Origin: a virus
Reading direction: 5' to 3' (one strand)
IMG/VR virus record: IMGVR_UViG_3300021375_000017
Span: 1 to 64,000 of that record
DNA length: 64,000 nt
Of this stretch, positions 1-9,453 are shown piece after piece. The notes under the pieces were generated by a model that was not told where the DNA came from, made no database searches, and saw only the letters and a list, made by a program, of their open reading frames with translations. The position numbers were made by a program, and so were the translations under genes. The stretch's first letter is position 1; the number at the start of each line of letters is the position of its first letter.

Positions 1-1
1 G

Positions 2-811
2 TGGAATGGGAAGAAATTGACTGCAATGAATTCTTTTGACCCATCAAGTCATTCAGTTTCTTATATTTGGTATGCACCTGATCATGTTCGTGCATGGAGA
101 AAAGAAGTTTATGAAAAAATTGGTGGTCATAATGTAGATCTATCAATTTGTGATGATCATGAATTAATGATTCGTACTTATCTTGAAACTAAGTACTATC
201 ACATCCCAGAAGTTCTCTATGTGTATCGAATCTCTGGAGATAATAGTTGGTTAGAAAGATGTGATGCAATTCAAATTAAAACAAAAGAACTTCACAATCA
301 GTATGCACAACTTTTAGCAGAAAGAGATGCAGACCTAAAAGATTTGATGAAGATTGACCTTGGTGGTGGATTATTCCCAAGAAAAGGTTATACAACAATC
401 GATCAAGAAGAGGGTCACATTACTTGTGATCTAAATGAAGGTATTCCTCTACCTGATAATAGTGTTGGAGTTATCAATGCATCTCACCTAATTGAGCATC
501 TTAAAGATCCAATTAAGACTATGAGGGAAATTCATCGTGTTCTAGCACATGGTGGATGGGCATTTATCGAAGTTCCCTCTACTGATGGTAGAGGTGCATG
601 GCAAGATCCAACTCATGTTTCATTCTGGAATGAGAATTCTTTTTGGTATTATACCAAACAATCTCATGCACAATTTATTCGTAATACGGACATCAAGTTT
701 TCATGTTTAAGACTAGAAACAAACTGGTGGGACAATAACATTGCAGTTGTTAATACTCATCTTGTTGCAGTGAAAGATGGTGTGAGATACCCAGGTCCTA
801 TTGAGATGTGA
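2..811 (+). CDS. 5'-truncated fusion of a family-2 glycosyltransferase C-terminus and a class I SAM-dependent methyltransferase
   Basis: Frame is open from the window edge. GT2-like KIGGH..ICDDHELMIR, then methyltransferase motifs IDLGGG, SHLIEHL and RVLAHGG. Confidence 0.65.
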   Translation, partial: WNGKKLTAMNSFDPSSHSVSYIWYAPDHVRAWRKEVYEKIGGHNVDLSICDDHELMIRTYLETKYYHIPEVLYVYRISGDNSWLERCDAIQIKTKELHNQYAQLLAERDADLKDLMKIDLGGGLFPRKGYTTIDQEEGHITCDLNEGIPLPDNSVGVINASHLIEHLKDPIKTMREIHRVLAHGGWAFIEVPSTDGRGAWQDPTHVSFWNENSFWYYTKQSHAQFIRNTDIKFSCLRLETNWWDNNIAVVNTHLVAVKDGVRYPGPIEM

Positions 812-875
812 CTTGAGATAAAAAATATTACATCATCGTTTATATTTTTGATAAATAATAAGAGAATTCATACCA

Positions 876-2312
876 ATGTCTGTAGTAACTGATCTTGAAA
901 AAAGTTTAGTCAAGCTGAATGATGTAACTTATGATTCAGTAGATAAACTTATGAAGAAAGTTGCGAAAGATAATGACATCTCTGCAACAGAACTTCATCA
1001 TAAGTTCAAGGCTAAACACAATATGATTCCCGACGATTGGATTAAAACACAAATGCAGGAAGGTAATCTACATAAGTGGTTCAAAGGATCCAAGTCTAAA
1101 GACGGTAAGTCTGGTTGGGTCAATGTTGTAACAGGTGGAACTTGTACAAGTGATGAACCTGGTGAAGGAACCCCTAAGTGTGTCTCTTCGGCAAAGAGAA
1201 CTTCTATGACTAAGGCAGAGAGACTTTCTGCTTCTAGAAGGAAGAAAAAAGCTGATCCTGGACAACAATCAAAGACTGGTGCGGCCAAACCAACTTACGT
1301 TTCCACAGATCCTAAGAAAAAAATGAAAGAAGAAATGGAAATCAATGAAGCAGACAAGAAAGGTAAGGGTAGTGGCAAGAAAGACGCATGTTACCATAAA
1401 GTAAAGGCCTCTGCATCGGTATGGCCCTCCGCATATGCTTCTGGTCGTTTGGTTCAGTGTCGTAAGAAAGGTGCTGCCAACTATGGTAAATCAAAGAACG
1501 AAGAATTTATGATTCTTCCAGAATTGACTGACCTTCAAATTCGGTGTATGGAAGCTGCAGGTATTGAAGTAGAAGTTATTAATGAGAAGTGCTGGGATGG
1601 TTATACTCAAAAGGGTATGAAGAAGAAGGGTAAAAAAGTAGTCCCTAATTGTGTTCCCGTTGGTGAAGAGACCAAAGAGAAAGAAGAAACTATTGAAGAG
1701 GCTGTAAGAATTCCAGCCAAAACCGGAAACATCTATATGGTTGGGTTTAGTTGGAAAGGTAGATATATGCTTATTAAATTATTCTTCCCAACAGTTCATA
1801 GACCTTCAAAAAAAGAAGTACTTGATGCCATTGAGAAAATCTATCCTGGAGCATTAGTTCAGAGATATGATATGGCAACATATCAACCAGGAGAATCTCT
1901 TCTTCATGTTGAAGAGCATGATAAATCTAGTAAGAGTTGTTCTAAAGGTGAATACTATTGTAATGACTCTAAAAAATGTAAATCAATTCCTAAAGGTTAT
2001 CATGTAATGCCCAATGGTGATCTGATGAAAGATGAGGATCACGATGAAGGTGAAGGTGGTGATATGAGTGAAGGAGCTGCATGGACTAAAAAAGAAGGTC
2101 AGAATAAATCTGGTGGTCTTAACGAAAAAGGACGTAAGTCTTATGAAAAAGAAAATCCTGGTTCCGATCTAAAAACACCTTCAAAGAAGGTTGGTAACAA
2201 GAGAAGATCATCATTCTGTGCAAGAATGAAAGGAATGAGAAAGAGACAGAAACCTTCTAATAACACAGGTGACGATAGATTGTCCAAATCACTCAGAGCG
2301 TGGAACTGTTGA
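876..2312 (+). CDS. Modular late protein, probable head-internal or virion protein
   Basis: Late promoter GATAAATA at 850-857. Lys-rich modules are separated by hydrophobic-X-E sites. Confidence 0.55.
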   Translation: MSVVTDLEKSLVKLNDVTYDSVDKLMKKVAKDNDISATELHHKFKAKHNMIPDDWIKTQMQEGNLHKWFKGSKSKDGKSGWVNVVTGGTCTSDEPGEGTPKCVSSAKRTSMTKAERLSASRRKKKADPGQQSKTGAAKPTYVSTDPKKKMKEEMEINEADKKGKGSGKKDACYHKVKASASVWPSAYASGRLVQCRKKGAANYGKSKNEEFMILPELTDLQIRCMEAAGIEVEVINEKCWDGYTQKGMKKKGKKVVPNCVPVGEETKEKEETIEEAVRIPAKTGNIYMVGFSWKGRYMLIKLFFPTVHRPSKKEVLDAIEKIYPGALVQRYDMATYQPGESLLHVEEHDKSSKSCSKGEYYCNDSKKCKSIPKGYHVMPNGDLMKDEDHDEGEGGDMSEGAAWTKKEGQNKSGGLNEKGRKSYEKENPGSDLKTPSKKVGNKRRSSFCARMKGMRKRQKPSNNTGDDRLSKSLRAWNC

Positions 2313-2313
2313 T

Positions 2314-2652
2314 ATGAAAGACTTCAAAGATTTTATAAAGGAGTCGGTCACTATTCATGGTGACTTCAATGGAACACTTAATGTAGGTGGTGATAATTCT
2401 GCTTCTCCAGAACAACAGGTGGAAGAGAACTATCAATATCTTGCAGACTTTGTTTGGATGGGTAGTATTTACAGAGTACGGTTAGAACAGGTTGACTCAG
2501 TAAGACTTCCAACTAATCAAGAGTTGGCAGAACAACTGCAAAGTGAATATCCTGGTGCAATTGTTCAAAGGGTATATCCAGTAGAACAAAAACCAACAGT
2601 GAAATTTGGTGATATTAAAAGATATCATCCTGGTAAATTAGATTGGGTATAG
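2314..2652 (+). CDS. Hypothetical protein with a capsid-targeting-like N-terminus (MKDFKDFIKES)
   Basis: ATG at 2314 directly after the upstream stop. Shares a W.G..Y...P...E.....YPGA.VQR domain with 876-2312. Confidence 0.55.
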   Translation: MKDFKDFIKESVTIHGDFNGTLNVGGDNSASPEQQVEENYQYLADFVWMGSIYRVRLEQVDSVRLPTNQELAEQLQSEYPGAIVQRVYPVEQKPTVKFGDIKRYHPGKLDWV

Positions 2653-2655
2653 ATT

Positions 2656-3582
2656 ATGGCTATTTGGAATTCTGGAATAGGTACATTTCTTAAACAAGAG
2701 ACTACCTTGTTTGAAGTGATGGGGATTGCATCAAGTGATGGTCAATATATTTCTACTGATAATAGATTTCCCGTAGATGCTAATATATCAGGAATCTCTT
2801 CAGATACAGTTATCTCCATTGGCAATAGTATTACGGTAAATCAAGGAACTTCACCTTGGGTTGTATCACCCATACCCCAAATTTCTTTACCTCCAGGATA
2901 CGGACAAATCCACAAGTTTGGTGCTGTTCCTGAAATGAGTCAAAATACTAATGGAACGATTTGGGATGAGAATGACACAAATTATCCTTGGGATACAATT
3001 TCTGCAGGCAGTCAACTTGAAGTTCGAGTTGTAGAGCCAAATAATGAAAATAGTACTAGTACTGACCTTGATGGAGATACTGTAGAGATACAAGGACTTG
3101 ATGTAAATTACAATGTCATTACAGAGACTGTAACTATATCTGGATTCTCAGCAACTACTACTAATACATTTTACAGAGTGTATAGAGCGATCTATGCAAA
3201 CACTGCTGATATTGCAAACAGTAAGCGTATTCTAATAAGAGTATCTACCACCACTGTTGCAAAAATATTAGAAAATATAGGACAGACATTGATGTCTGTA
3301 TATACTGTTCCTGCAGGTAAAACTGGTTCTATAATGAGATTAGATGTAACTGCACAAGGAACAGCAACAGGTAGTTTTAAACTGTATGTTCGTGAAGGTG
3401 GTACAGGGAATTTTGTTGTGAAGCATATCGCAGAAGTAAATGGTGTTGGTGGTCCATATCAACTTACTTATCCAATTCCTCAGTCATTCCCAGAAAAAAC
3501 AGATATTGATGCGAGAATGCATACATTATCAAATAATGGTAGATATACCTGCACTTTTGATATTTTACTTACGGATAATTAA
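2656..3582 (+). CDS. Hypothetical beta-rich virion structural protein
   Basis: 308-aa ORF rich in T, S and G, in the late gene region. Confidence 0.5.
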   Translation: MAIWNSGIGTFLKQETTLFEVMGIASSDGQYISTDNRFPVDANISGISSDTVISIGNSITVNQGTSPWVVSPIPQISLPPGYGQIHKFGAVPEMSQNTNGTIWDENDTNYPWDTISAGSQLEVRVVEPNNENSTSTDLDGDTVEIQGLDVNYNVITETVTISGFSATTTNTFYRVYRAIYANTADIANSKRILIRVSTTTVAKILENIGQTLMSVYTVPAGKTGSIMRLDVTAQGTATGSFKLYVREGGTGNFVVKHIAEVNGVGGPYQLTYPIPQSFPEKTDIDARMHTLSNNGRYTCTFDILLTDN

Positions 3583-3584
3583 TT

Positions 3585-4466
3585 ATGAGTAATGTTGACA
3601 TATATTTGGGTAATCCAAATCTCAAGAAAGCTAATACAGCCATTGAGTTTACCCAAGATAACATTGAAGAATATATTAAGTGTAAAGAAGACCCGGTTTA
3701 TTTTGCAAAGAACTATGTTCAGATTGTGACTCTAGACCATGGTCTTCAACCCTTTAAGTTGTATGACTTTCAGGAAAAACTAGTAAAGAACTTTCACGAA
3801 AAGAGATTTAATATCTGTAAGATGCCACGTCAGACTGGAAAGTCTACTACTGTAGTATCTTTTCTATTACATTATGCCATCTTCAATGATAGTGTCAATA
3901 TTGGTATTCTTGCAAACAAAGCATCCACGGCAAGAGAACTTCTTGGAAGGTTACAGATTGCTTATGAGAACCTACCTAAGTGGATGCAACAAGGGATTCT
4001 AGCATGGAACAAAGGTAGTTTGGAACTAGAGAATGGTAGTAAGATATTAGCAGCATCTACGTCTGCTTCTGCTGTTCGAGGTATGTCATTTAACATCCTC
4101 TTCCTTGACGAATTTGCATTCGTTCCAAACCATGTTGCAGACTCATTCTTTGCATCTGTTTATCCTACGATTACTTCTGGTAAATCTACAAAGGTAATTA
4201 TTGTTTCTACCCCACACGGTATGAATCACTTCTACCGTATGTGGCATGATGCGGAAAGAGGATTCAATGACTACACCCCAACAGATGTTCATTGGTCTCA
4301 AGTACCTGGTAGAGATGAAGTCTGGAAAGAACAGACTATTAAGAACACATCAGAACAACAGTTCAAAGTTGAGTTTGAGTGCGTTGGAGGTAATACATTG
4401 GTAGAAGTTGAGAAAGATGATATTATCAGTGAGATGAGGATAGAGGATTTATACAATACAATGTGA
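3585..4466 (+). CDS. gp17: Terminase large subunit, N-terminal part, fused to a 28-aa split-intein N-fragment (4380-4463)
   Basis: Walker A PRQTGKS and Walker B LFLDEFAF. After ...KVEFE the ORF ends in intein block A, CVGGNTLVEVE...IEDLYNTM*. Confidence 0.95.
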   Translation: MSNVDIYLGNPNLKKANTAIEFTQDNIEEYIKCKEDPVYFAKNYVQIVTLDHGLQPFKLYDFQEKLVKNFHEKRFNICKMPRQTGKSTTVVSFLLHYAIFNDSVNIGILANKASTARELLGRLQIAYENLPKWMQQGILAWNKGSLELENGSKILAASTSASAVRGMSFNILFLDEFAFVPNHVADSFFASVYPTITSGKSTKVIIVSTPHGMNHFYRMWHDAERGFNDYTPTDVHWSQVPGRDEVWKEQTIKNTSEQQFKVEFECVGGNTLVEVEKDDIISEMRIEDLYNTM

Positions 4467-4477
4467 GTTTCTTGGAT

Positions 4478-4485
4478 TATAAATA
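4478..4485 (+). promoter_or_regulatory. T4-type late promoter for the terL-associated endonuclease
   Basis: Perfect TATAAATA ending 12 nt before ATG 4498. Confidence 0.75.
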
Positions 4486-4497
4486 AAAATAAAAGTT

Positions 4498-5067
4498 ATG
4501 TATTATATTTACTTATTGAGAGATGATTATGGTGATGTCAAATATGTTGGTCAAACACAACAGATTGATGTTAGGAAAAGAGACCACAAAAGATTAAAAC
4601 CACCACATACATTTGAGATTTTATATGAAAATCTTAAAGTGTCTGATGCCAAGATGTTGGAAATAGAAAATATAGATAAGTATGATACATATAGAAATGG
4701 ATGGAATAAATCCTCTGGTGGGGAAGGATTTGATGATTATGAAAGAAAGGGTATTGGGGGAGTAAAGAAAGGAAATGTGCCTTGGAATAAAGGTAAAAAG
4801 GGATGTTTTAGTGAAGAAACTATCCAAAAGTTTAGTAATACAAGAAAAGGTATTGCCTGGAGTAGAAAACTTACTGACAAACAAATCACACAAATAAGAA
4901 ACTTGTATCAAGAACAACCACATGTTGATGGTGTTGGAGATGTAGCAAAAAATGGAAGAAAAATGTCTTATATTCAAGCATTTTGTAAGAAATACTGTAG
5001 TGATTATAATATAACACCACAAGGAATGAAACGTATTATATTAAAGGAGTGTTGGGCAAATGTATAA
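4498..5067 (+). mobile_element. GIY-YIG homing endonuclease between the terL split-intein halves
   Basis: YYIY...KYVGQT...R...H...E...N nuclease motifs and a NUMOD-like PWNKGKKG..SEET. Confidence 0.85.
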
Positions 5068-6244
5068 AATAAACAACAATATAAAAGTAAAGACACCAAC
5101 TGGATTTCAATCATTTAGTGGAATACAGAAAGTTTTCAAACCATTTTATCATTGGATTATTTTTGATGATGGAAGTGAGATAAAATGTTCTGATAATCAT
5201 TCATTTGGGAGTGAGAAGATAAAGGCATCTTCTCTAAAACTTGATGACATTATTCAAGGAAAAAAAGTTGTATATAATGAAATAGTTGAGGAAGGAATAT
5301 ACTTATATGATTTATTGGATGTAGGGGAAGAAAACCTATACATTACCAATAAAATAGTTTCACATAATTGTGAGTTCCTAGGTTCTGTTGATACACTCAT
5401 TGCGCCATCAAAACTTAAAACATTAGTCTATGAGAATCCTATTCAGAGAAATGCTGGATTAGATGTCTTTGAAACAGTCAAAGAGAATCATGATTATATT
5501 ATGACTGTTGACGTTGCCAGAGGAGTTGGTGGAGACTACTCTGCATTTGTTGTTATTGATATTACCACATTCCCACATAGATTGGTCGCAAAGTATAGGG
5601 ATAATGAAATCAAACCAATGTTATTTCCAAGTGTCATCTATGAAGTAGCAAAGAATTATAATGAAGCATTTATACTCTGTGAGGTCAATGACGTTGGAGA
5701 CCAGGTGGCTAGTATTCTTCAATATGACCTGGAGTATCAAAACTTGTTAATGTGCTCTATGAGAGGTAGAGCAGGTCAGATTGTTGGTCAAGGATTCTCT
5801 GGTAAGAAGACACAACTTGGTGTCAAGATGTCCAAAACTGTAAAGAAAGTTGGTTCTCTCAATCTTAAAACAATGATTGAAGAGGATAAACTCATTCTCT
5901 GGGATTATGAGATTATTTCAGAACTGACTACATTCATTCAGAAGAACAATTCCTTTGAAGCAGAAGAAGGATGTAATGATGACCTTGCAATGTGTCTGGT
6001 AATCTATGCATGGATGGTCGCACAGGATTATTTTAAAGAACTAACTGATCAGGATGTCAGAAAGAGATTATATGAAGAACAGAAAAACCAGATTGAACAG
6101 GACATGGCTCCATTTGGTTTCTTAGATGATGGTTTGGGTGAAGACAATTTTGTAGATGGTGATGGAGACAGATGGTACACACAAAACAATAAAATGGATG
6201 AATATGGAAACACTGCTGGTGGTTGGGAACTCTGGAATTACTGA
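5060..6244 (+). CDS. gp17: 103-aa split-intein C-fragment (5060-5368) fused to the terminase large subunit C-terminal nuclease part
   Basis: Intein block B CSDNH, block F YDLLDV and block G VSHN, then the C-extein CEFLGS with VDVARG and DDLAM motifs. Confidence 0.95.
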   Translation: MYKINNNIKVKTPTGFQSFSGIQKVFKPFYHWIIFDDGSEIKCSDNHSFGSEKIKASSLKLDDIIQGKKVVYNEIVEEGIYLYDLLDVGEENLYITNKIVSHNCEFLGSVDTLIAPSKLKTLVYENPIQRNAGLDVFETVKENHDYIMTVDVARGVGGDYSAFVVIDITTFPHRLVAKYRDNEIKPMLFPSVIYEVAKNYNEAFILCEVNDVGDQVASILQYDLEYQNLLMCSMRGRAGQIVGQGFSGKKTQLGVKMSKTVKKVGSLNLKTMIEEDKLILWDYEIISELTTFIQKNNSFEAEEGCNDDLAMCLVIYAWMVAQDYFKELTDQDVRKRLYEEQKNQIEQDMAPFGFLDDGLGEDNFVDGDGDRWYTQNNKMDEYGNTAGGWELWNY

Positions 6245-6474
6245 TGGATTTAGATGGTCAGATAAAACTTGGACACTTACTTCTGAACGATAGGAAGTGT
6301 AGAACTTGTGGAGAGACAAAGAACTTGATAGAAGGTTTTTATAGGACAAGAAAAGATAGAGGGCCTGTCGCATCTTCTTATTCTTACGAATGTAAAGAGT
6401 GTACTGTTAGAAGAGTTGTACAGAATAGAAAGAAAATGACTCCATTTGTTGATTGGAATTATCCAGATTGGTGA
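6243..6474 (+). CDS. Small zinc-finger protein (CxxC...CxxC)
   Basis: CRTC and CKEC motifs. Likely start MDLDGQ overlaps the terL stop. Confidence 0.55.
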
Positions 6475-6552
6475 CTCACGTCGTATTTCCCCACTGAAAA
6501 GACCCATAATCATAAATATTTTTAGATAAACTGAGATCACGGAGAAAAATTC

Positions 6553-8745
6553 ATGGCGACTCCTCAATTATCTCCAGGCTTAATTGTCAGAGAAGTTGAC
6601 TTAACAGTAGGAAGAGCAGATAACGTTCTTGATAACATCGGTGCAATTGCCGGTCCATTTGAACTTGGACCAGTAAATGAGGCGATTGACATCACGACAG
6701 AACAAGAACTCATTAATTCCTTTGGTAAGCCACTTTCTACTGACAGACAGTATGAGTACTGGATGACGGCATCTTCCTACCTGTCGTATGGTGGTGTACT
6801 TAAGGTGGCCAGAGTTGCTGGTTCTACATTGGGTAACTCCAATGCTGGTGCTGGAGTTGCCTCTACATCGATGACTGGTAATGGTAGAATTGATAACTAC
6901 GATGACTACCAGGCCAATCACACAACTGATACTACTTGGAACTACGCAGCTAAGAACCCTGGTAAGTGGGCAAACAATCTGAAAGTATGTGTTATTGATA
7001 ATGCTGCTGACCAAACAATTGGAATCAATACTACTAACCCTGGTACCAGTGGAGCACTGGTTGGTAACGGTGTTACTGTAAGTCTCAGTGGTGTTGTTAT
7101 TCCTGGTGCAGGTACTACTTCAGTATTCAACGGTTACCTCAAAGGTATTATTACTGGTGTTACAACTGATGCCACTAGTGGTGCTAGTTCAATTGACGTT
7201 AAAATTGTTTCCAGAGTTTCTGGAAGCACCGAAACTAAAATCAATTATCAACAGAGTAATAGTGCTGCATCAATCGCAGTTTCTGACACTGTAAACTTTG
7301 TTAATAACTCTGGTATCAGCACAGGTACTTCACAAGCAGCAACAACTTCTGTTGACTGGTATGATCAACAAAGTCTTGGACTCACCAATTCCACAGTTTT
7401 TTGGAAGTCAATTGCACCGAGACCAGTAGCGTCAAACTATGTTACTCAGAGAAAAGGTGGAAATGACGGTATTCACGTTGTAGTTGTTGATGACACTGGT
7501 TCAGTAACAGGTATTCAAGGAAACATCCTTGAGAAGTTTACGAATCTTTCTAAGGCAGTAGATGCTACCTCTGATGGTAACGCGCCAACGAAGACTTACT
7601 ATAAGAACTTTGTTGCTGACAATTCAGCATACATTTATGCAGGTAAGAATCCTTCACAAGAAGCTGATACTTATTGGAACACTAGTCCATTGGCTTCAGG
7701 TTTCTCTGCGGCATTCACTCCAATCACAACTGGAGCAGGTCTTTGGGGATTAGAAGCACAGGGTGTTACCTTCTCTTCTATTGGTTCAGTAAGTTACACC
7801 TTTACTGGTGGTGTTGATTATTCCGCAAACGGTGGAATGGAGGCTCAACTGGGAGACTTGAACACTGCTTACGATTTGTTCTCTAATAAAGATGAGATCG
7901 AAGTTGATTACGTGATCATGGGTCCTGGTTTGAGTGATGAGTCACAATCACAAGCCAAGGCAAATAAAGTCATCTCTATTGCTGAGGCGAGAAAAGATTG
8001 TGTTGCAACTGTGTCACCACACAGAGCAAACGTTGTTAATGTTACCAACACAACCACTGCTACAAGTAATCTGTTGAGATACTACTCACCACTTACTTCT
8101 TCATCGTATGCAGTCTTTGATAGTGGTTATAAGTATACTTTTGATAGATTCAATAACGAGTTCAGATACATTCCATGTAACGGTGATGTTGCTGGACTGA
8201 TGACTAGAACTAACCTGGTTGCCTTCCCATGGTTCTCACCTGCAGGTACTCAAAGAGGAACTCTGAATAATGCCATCAAGTTGGCATATAATCCCACTAA
8301 GGCTCAAAGAGATCAACTTTATCCTGCAAGAGTTAACTCCATCATCAATCAAAAAGGTAGTGGAATCATTCTCTTCGGTGATAAGACTGGTCTTGGTTAC
8401 GCTTCTGCATTCGACAGAATCAACGTAAGAAGACTGTTCCTCACAGTTGAACAGGCACTTGAAGGAGCTGCAAATTCTCAACTCTTTGAGCTCAATGATA
8501 GTAACACAAGGTCGAATTTCGTTAACATTGTTGAACCATACTTGAGAGATGTTCAGGCTAAGAGGGGTGTTTACGACTTCCTCATTGTTTGTGATGATAC
8601 CAACAATACTCCTGAAGTAATTGACAACAATGAGTTTAGGGCAGACATCTACCTGAAACCAACCAAGTCGATTAACTTTGTCACTCTCACCTTCATTGCT
8701 ACAAGAACTGGTGTCCAGTTCTCTGAAGTTGCAGGTCGTGGTTAA
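6553..8745 (+). CDS. gp18: Tail sheath protein
   Basis: LSPG..VREVDLT N-terminus, WFSPAG, RINVRRLF and IKP.KSINFVTL-type C-terminus. Confidence 0.95.
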   Translation: MATPQLSPGLIVREVDLTVGRADNVLDNIGAIAGPFELGPVNEAIDITTEQELINSFGKPLSTDRQYEYWMTASSYLSYGGVLKVARVAGSTLGNSNAGAGVASTSMTGNGRIDNYDDYQANHTTDTTWNYAAKNPGKWANNLKVCVIDNAADQTIGINTTNPGTSGALVGNGVTVSLSGVVIPGAGTTSVFNGYLKGIITGVTTDATSGASSIDVKIVSRVSGSTETKINYQQSNSAASIAVSDTVNFVNNSGISTGTSQAATTSVDWYDQQSLGLTNSTVFWKSIAPRPVASNYVTQRKGGNDGIHVVVVDDTGSVTGIQGNILEKFTNLSKAVDATSDGNAPTKTYYKNFVADNSAYIYAGKNPSQEADTYWNTSPLASGFSAAFTPITTGAGLWGLEAQGVTFSSIGSVSYTFTGGVDYSANGGMEAQLGDLNTAYDLFSNKDEIEVDYVIMGPGLSDESQSQAKANKVISIAEARKDCVATVSPHRANVVNVTNTTTATSNLLRYYSPLTSSSYAVFDSGYKYTFDRFNNEFRYIPCNGDVAGLMTRTNLVAFPWFSPAGTQRGTLNNAIKLAYNPTKAQRDQLYPARVNSIINQKGSGIILFGDKTGLGYASAFDRINVRRLFLTVEQALEGAANSQLFELNDSNTRSNFVNIVEPYLRDVQAKRGVYDFLIVCDDTNNTPEVIDNNEFRADIYLKPTKSINFVTLTFIATRTGVQFSEVAGRG

Positions 8746-8783
8746 TAACTATTACAAATATCTAAAACAGGAGTACTAAACCA

Positions 8784-9416
8784 ATGGCAGAAGCAAAAAC
8801 CATTTCTCAATTCAAATCAAAATTGGCGGGTGGTGCAGCCCGTAACAATTTATTTGAAGTTTCAATCCCTTCGTTTCCTTCAGCAATAAGTGATGCTTGG
8901 AACTCTGGTGACAATGGTGAGAACGGAGTTTTTAAATTCCTCTGTAAGGCAGCCAACCTTCCAGCATCAACCGTTGCCGCCATCGATATTCCTTTCAGAG
9001 GTAGAAATCTGAAAGTTGCTGGTGACAGAACGTTTGCTGATTGGACCGTCACCGTCATGAATGACGAAGACTTCAAACTCAGAACCGCTTTTGAAAAGTG
9101 GTCTAATGTTCTTAGTAAATTGGAAGACAACACAGGTGTAACGAATCCAGGTTCTTACATGACTGATGCATATGTCCAACAACTTGGTAGAGGACGTGAG
9201 AAGTTCTCCACTTCAAACGGTGGTGGTGAACATTCTGTTCTTAGAACTTATAAGTTCTATGACATTTGGCCAAATGACATCAGTGCAATTGATTTGAACT
9301 ATGATTCAGCCAATTCAATCGAAACATTCACTGTAAACTTCAGTGTTCAATACTTCACCATCGGTGAATCACCTGAATCCAACACTGGTTCTGCGACAGA
9401 AGAATTGATTCGTTGA
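8784..9416 (+). CDS. gp19: Tail tube protein
   Basis: GGAARNNLFEV and FRGR.LKVAGDRTF..WTVT motifs; synteny. Confidence 0.93.
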   Translation: MAEAKTISQFKSKLAGGAARNNLFEVSIPSFPSAISDAWNSGDNGENGVFKFLCKAANLPASTVAAIDIPFRGRNLKVAGDRTFADWTVTVMNDEDFKLRTAFEKWSNVLSKLEDNTGVTNPGSYMTDAYVQQLGRGREKFSTSNGGGEHSVLRTYKFYDIWPNDISAIDLNYDSANSIETFTVNFSVQYFTIGESPESNTGSATEELIR

Positions 9417-9453
9417 TAAATACTAGAACAGAAGTTTCTAGTCAATAATAATA

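Noticed and set aside
4380-5368. Group I intron or sequencing frameshift as the cause of the terL, uvsX and gp41 breaks
   Set aside because: Each break has in-frame intein blocks A/B and F/G with an HN|C, S or T junction. There is no non-coding space for a ribozyme core.
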